From the NCBI GenBank assembly GCA_004431415.1, contig QPMI01000097.1, positions 62,001-126,000 of the forward strand: 64,000 nt of DNA, given 5' to 3'. Both the position numbers and the translations under genes were made by a program. Below the pieces are notes generated by a model that did no database searches, was not told where the DNA came from, and saw only the letters and a list, made by a program, of their open reading frames with translations. This DNA comes from Cyanophora paradoxa CCMP329 (lineage: Eukaryota > Plantae > Glaucophyta). Below are positions 60,201-64,000 of the stretch, piece by piece (the stretch's first letter is position 1; every line of letters starts with the position of its first letter).

Positions 60201-60988
60201 GCTGTGCCTCGTGCGGCTCGCGGGGGCGCCCCGGGCCGCTGGCGGGCGGCGCTCGTGGACAGCTGCGAGGGCCGCTTCGCGCTGCCGGAGGGGCGGGGCG
60301 GGCCTCGCGCGAGGGCCTCGCCGCCGTGACGGTGCACTTCCTCGCCCGCGACGCCGGCGCCTTCGCCACGCTCCTGCGCCTCGAGGCCCGCGGCCCCGAC
60401 GGGGCCCGCTGGCGCGCCGCCTTCCCCCTCCGCGCCTCCGCCGGGGCCGAGCGGGAGCCCGAGGGCCGGGGCCCGGGCGCGAGTGGGGCCCCGAGGACCT
60501 CTCGCGGGCGGCGCGGGAGCACGCGGGGCCCCTCTTCGCCCCCGCCGCCCTCTTCCTGCGCCCCGCCGAGGCCGCCGCCGGGGCGGGGGCCGGCGCCGCC
60601 GCCTCCGCCGCCCGCCTGCCCCTCTGCAACGCGGCGGCGGAGCCCGTCTTCGTGGCCTTCCCCCCCCCCCCGCCCCCTTCTCCACGCCCCACCGCCACGC
60701 CCGCATCGCCCCCGGCGCGTACGTCCGCCTCCCGGTGCGATCCCGCCCGCCTCCCCGAGCCCCGAACCCCAGCCCCAGCACGCTGACTGGGGTGGGAAGA
60801 TCGAGTGCACAGGCGACGCGAGGGCGGAGCTCGTGCACGGCGCGCCGGCGCCCCCCTCTGGCTGCCTCGTCGTGCAGCTTGCCGCGTTGAAGGAAGGCGC
60901 CGGCGCCGGCGACCCCGCGCCGCACCCCGTCTCCGTCCGCCTCTACGCCCCTCCGGAACCCGCACTTTCCCCCGCCCCCTCCGCCTGA
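54213..60988 (+). CDS. CEP192/Spd-2-like protein with multiple ASH (PapD-like Ig) domains; apparent indel errors
   Basis: Repeated FG.V.....R.L.(V/I/L)RN motifs; YRVPLLGYGGVADV resembles the CEP192 Spd-2 domain IPLSGYGG. Confidence 0.65.
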
Positions 60989-61386
60989 TCGGCTGCGCAT
61001 GCCCAGCCTGCGCGTGTAATTGCCTTTAATTCGAAGCGTTCAGACATTTTGGCGGTGCACCCAGCCTAGGACCTGGAAGCCGGAATTCCTGAATTTGTCG
61101 CTGAATGGCATGGAACTCGAGCTTATTAACGTATAATTTACGCGGCTCTCGGCGAATTTCGATCGAAGCCCAGCCCCCTTCCGGGCCTTGGTCTGCGTAA
61201 CTGTGTACCCCGTGGTCCCTCGTCCCCCTGCAGCTGACTGTTAACGTTTAACGGCGAATCTCTTGAACCGTTTAACGCGGCTCCCGCGGGTCCGGCACAA
61301 CCTTGAAGACACTCCACGCAGCCACAGTACAGGTGCAGCGCCCCTGGGTTGCGTGAGAGCTCGTCGCGCCAACGCGCCCTGTAGCG

Positions 61387-62722
61387 ATGTTCGAGTGCTT
61401 CACCTGCTTTGGCGCCGGGCCTTCCGACCCTCATCTGGAGCTGCGCGAGCTCCAGGTGCGCGCCGAAATCGCGCGCGCGCCCCTTCACTTGAGTGCCTTC
61501 ACCCGCCAACGGCCGCCGCCAGGGCCGGTTCGAGTACGCGCGACAGAAGCTCGCAGAGTTTGGCCTCAACAACCTGGACGTCCGAGATCGCGTTTCCATG
61601 GACGCGTTCTATCGACAGGCACGCGGCGCCCACCGCAAGCTGAGCGAGGGCGCCCGTGCTGAGGGGGGCCGGCGCAGGCGACAGAGGGGGACTGCGCCTC
61701 TAAGGCCGGCCTCCTCTCGGGCAGCTCGACCAAGGCCGTGTTCCGGGCGTGGAGCGACCTGAAGGGGATGACACGCGACCACGCAATCCAAAGCTATCTC
61801 CGGAACGTACGTGTGCACTGCTGCGGTGCTGTTCGAGTGCGCGCTCATTGCACTTCGAACTTCGACTGCAGTTGGAATCCGTCTTGAAGGAGAAGCACGA
61901 GGTGCTTCGCTCCCGGCCCCGTCGCCTCAGCCCCGCCAACAGAAGTAACGCGCCCGCTACGCAGGAGCTCCGGGCGCTGGCCCCCGAAAACCTCTGCGTC
62001 CGCAACGACGCCCGCTTCGGCGGGGCGCCGGCCGGGCGCGGGGCCCCGGCGGCGCTGCCGGAGGCGGCAGGGCCAGAGGCGGGGGAGAGGCCGCGGGCGA
62101 GCTTCGGGGAGTGGCTGCAGGGCCTCTTCGGCGTGGAGACCCTCCAGCAGCGCTTCGATCGCTCCGCCGAGGGCGCGCCCCGCTTGGGCCGGCCGCCCCC
62201 GCCCCCGCCGCGCGGCTGACGGGCGGGGCAGAGTTCCGGAGGGACCCGCCGTACGTCTTCCACGTCGACCTGCAGGAGCGGCTGCAGCTCTACGGCCTCA
62301 TGCAGCAGGGCGCCCGCGGCGACTGCTCCGAGGGTGCGCGCCTTTCCCCGCCCCCGCGCGGCGCCGGGGCGAGCGGGGCGGGCGGGGCAGGGAAGCCCGG
62401 GATCTTCTCGGACCCGCACGGGGTGGAGAAGTGGAGCGCGTGGGAGCGGGAGCGGGGCGTGCCGCAGCGGACGGCGCAGGAGGCCTTCGTGGCGCGCCTC
62501 GAGCTCGCCAAGGCCAAGGCCCTCGCCAAGATGGCCCCCGAGGGGCAGCCGGCGGCCCCCGCGCCGGCCCCCTCCCCCAAGAAGGGGAAGCACCGCCGCA
62601 CGGAGTCGGCGTCGAGCGTGGAGGGGAAGAAGTCGAAGAAGGAGAAGTCCTCGTCCAAGGTCTTCTGGTCCCCGGGCCGCGCCACGCCCCCGCCCGCCGA
62701 GGCGCCCCAGCCCTCCGCGTGA
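61387..62722 (+). CDS. Protein with two acyl-CoA-binding (ACB) domains
   Basis: MDAFYRQ-ATEGDC...FRAWSDLKGMTRDHAIQSY and LQLYGLMQQGARGDC...KPG...KWSAW...G....AQEAF. Confidence 0.8.
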
Positions 62723-63855
62723 GGCCCCGCCCTCCGCGCTCCGGAGCGCTGGGCGGGATAAATGGCTAAGCAGCTCGCGGGCCTGTCCACCTGATGATCA
62801 GGGCCTCGCAAAGGGATAAAGGCAGAACCTCGGTATCATAGTTCGCAGTTTATTTATGCACTGTTGACCTTTAGATCTCTATTCTGAGATTTCTTAAGCA
62901 TAGGAGCATCCCATGATGAGGCCATGAGAGCTCAAGGCATCTGATGCTTCTAGATTTGTATGCAATTTCATTAAATCATGTACCTTTCGATTTCGCAGAG
63001 ATGAGTCGTTATTGTCGTTATTTTCATGTACTGCACGGCAGTTTCATCGTTAGAGTACGTTGAGGCTTAGAGCAAGACACTGAGTTCTGTTCATGTCCAT
63101 CGCTCCACGATGTCAGCCTGCAGCTGGCAGATTCATGATTAAAGCATTCACTGACTCTAATAAACATGGCATCTGGTGATCCGAGCCTCCGAGGCTCGGG
63201 AGCCCCCTGAGGCCGCGGCCCGGCGGGCTCTCAGCCTGGCAAATCCCGGATCGGAGTTCGGCGGTTCTCAGAGTCTTTTCGCCTCCTCCTCTCAGAGTCT
63301 CGCACTCCGATGATCCGATCGGCGAGGGCCCGCGGCCCCGCCCTCCAAGCCTTGAAGGTTCAACGGTTCTCAGAGTCTAGCCCTACTAGGCTAGTACTAC
63401 GGTAGCCTAGTAGTACCCTGCCAGGCCCTGGGGTCCTGGCCATGGCCAGCTGCTGACTCGGCGAGCACCGTGGCTGTGCCACGGTGGCAGTCGCCGTGTC
63501 GGACTCGGGATCTAAAATTCAATTGCAAAAACCCCTCAGCACCCCTTTCCGAAGTTCCAACCGTTGAACCCCCCTCCCCCCTCCCCTTGGGGGGCCTGGT
63601 CCGACCGCGGACGGTCATGATCATGAGGCGTCAGGGCGTGCCTCTGGACCAGGCCTAGCCTACGCTACGGCTGGGCTAAGCCTCGACCCCCCTGAGGGCC
63701 TGAGGAGTAGTGATACCTGATCGACAAAAGCGTGCGCCTCGAAATTTCACGAATAAAGACTGCGAACTACCTAGCACGTGATTTCAACTTACGTTTGCAT
63801 ATGCCTGCGTGTGCACGGTCCGATCGACGGGACTAAGCGGTATCGCTAAAACCGC

Positions 63856-64000
63856 GCACAGGTACAGGCGCTGCAGGCCGGCGAGCAGGGTCGGACATCG
63901 ATGCTGCCGGGTCGGGCTGGCGGTCTACGAGGCCTCGGCAGGCCCGCGGCGGACGAGCGTCTTCAGGGCGTCGAGGTGGCGCAGCGCCGCCAGGAGGGCG
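63856..64000 (-). CDS. LRR-like exon fragments at the window edge
   Basis: ALLAALRHLDALKTL, GT-AG intron, RLY. Confidence 0.35.

Noticed and set aside
54258-61000. Long overlapping R/A/P/G-rich ORFs (e.g. 57738-60329, 56984-59317, 58865-61000)
   Set aside because: Stop-poor frames of very GC-rich DNA; only the spliced ASH-domain segments are credible
42290-61020. TGTAA as the poly(A) signal
   Set aside because: Present after INO1 (~42290) and the CEP192-like gene (~61016) but not found after most other genes; too few cases
1-64000. tRNA, rRNA or telomeric arrays
   Set aside because: None recognised by eye; a tRNAscan/Rfam run would be needed to exclude small RNAs

Overview
Eukaryotic nuclear DNA from a GC-rich, intron-dense protist or alga. 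Introns are mostly 50-80 nt, with GT/GC donors, CTGAC-type branch points and YAG acceptors; the style resembles a glaucophyte such as Cyanophora, but that is only an impression. Most long ORFs in the six-frame track are shadow frames. By splicing manually I recover about 14 genes: apyrase (partial), CSC1/OSCA channel, PAP2 phosphatase, CEP57-like, FAM50-N-like, Yar1-like ankyrin, GRIP golgin with an ~11-unit exon-intron tandem array, INO1, Tudor-knot protein, HAUS5, a Pro-rich coiled-coil protein, KCP2, CEP192/Spd-2-like and a double-ACB protein. Many are in compact head-to-head pairs. Between them are repeat islands containing: a near-complete Tx1/L1-like APE-RT retrotransposon with (CT)n-tailed relatives that share a covarying 3' RNA hairpin; a CACAG-ended TIR element; a family of GCATTT-terminus elements, several abutting gene stop codons; satellites; and gene fragments. 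Most notable observations: (i) a recurrent 'X-revcomp(X)-X' micro-insertion signature between repeat copies, (ii) the GCATTT-terminus element family, (iii) the conserved LINE 3' hairpin and head-to-tail stacking, (iv) frequent GC-AG introns with microexons, (v) a GTACCCC motif in most promoters. All homology calls are from motif recognition, not database searches.
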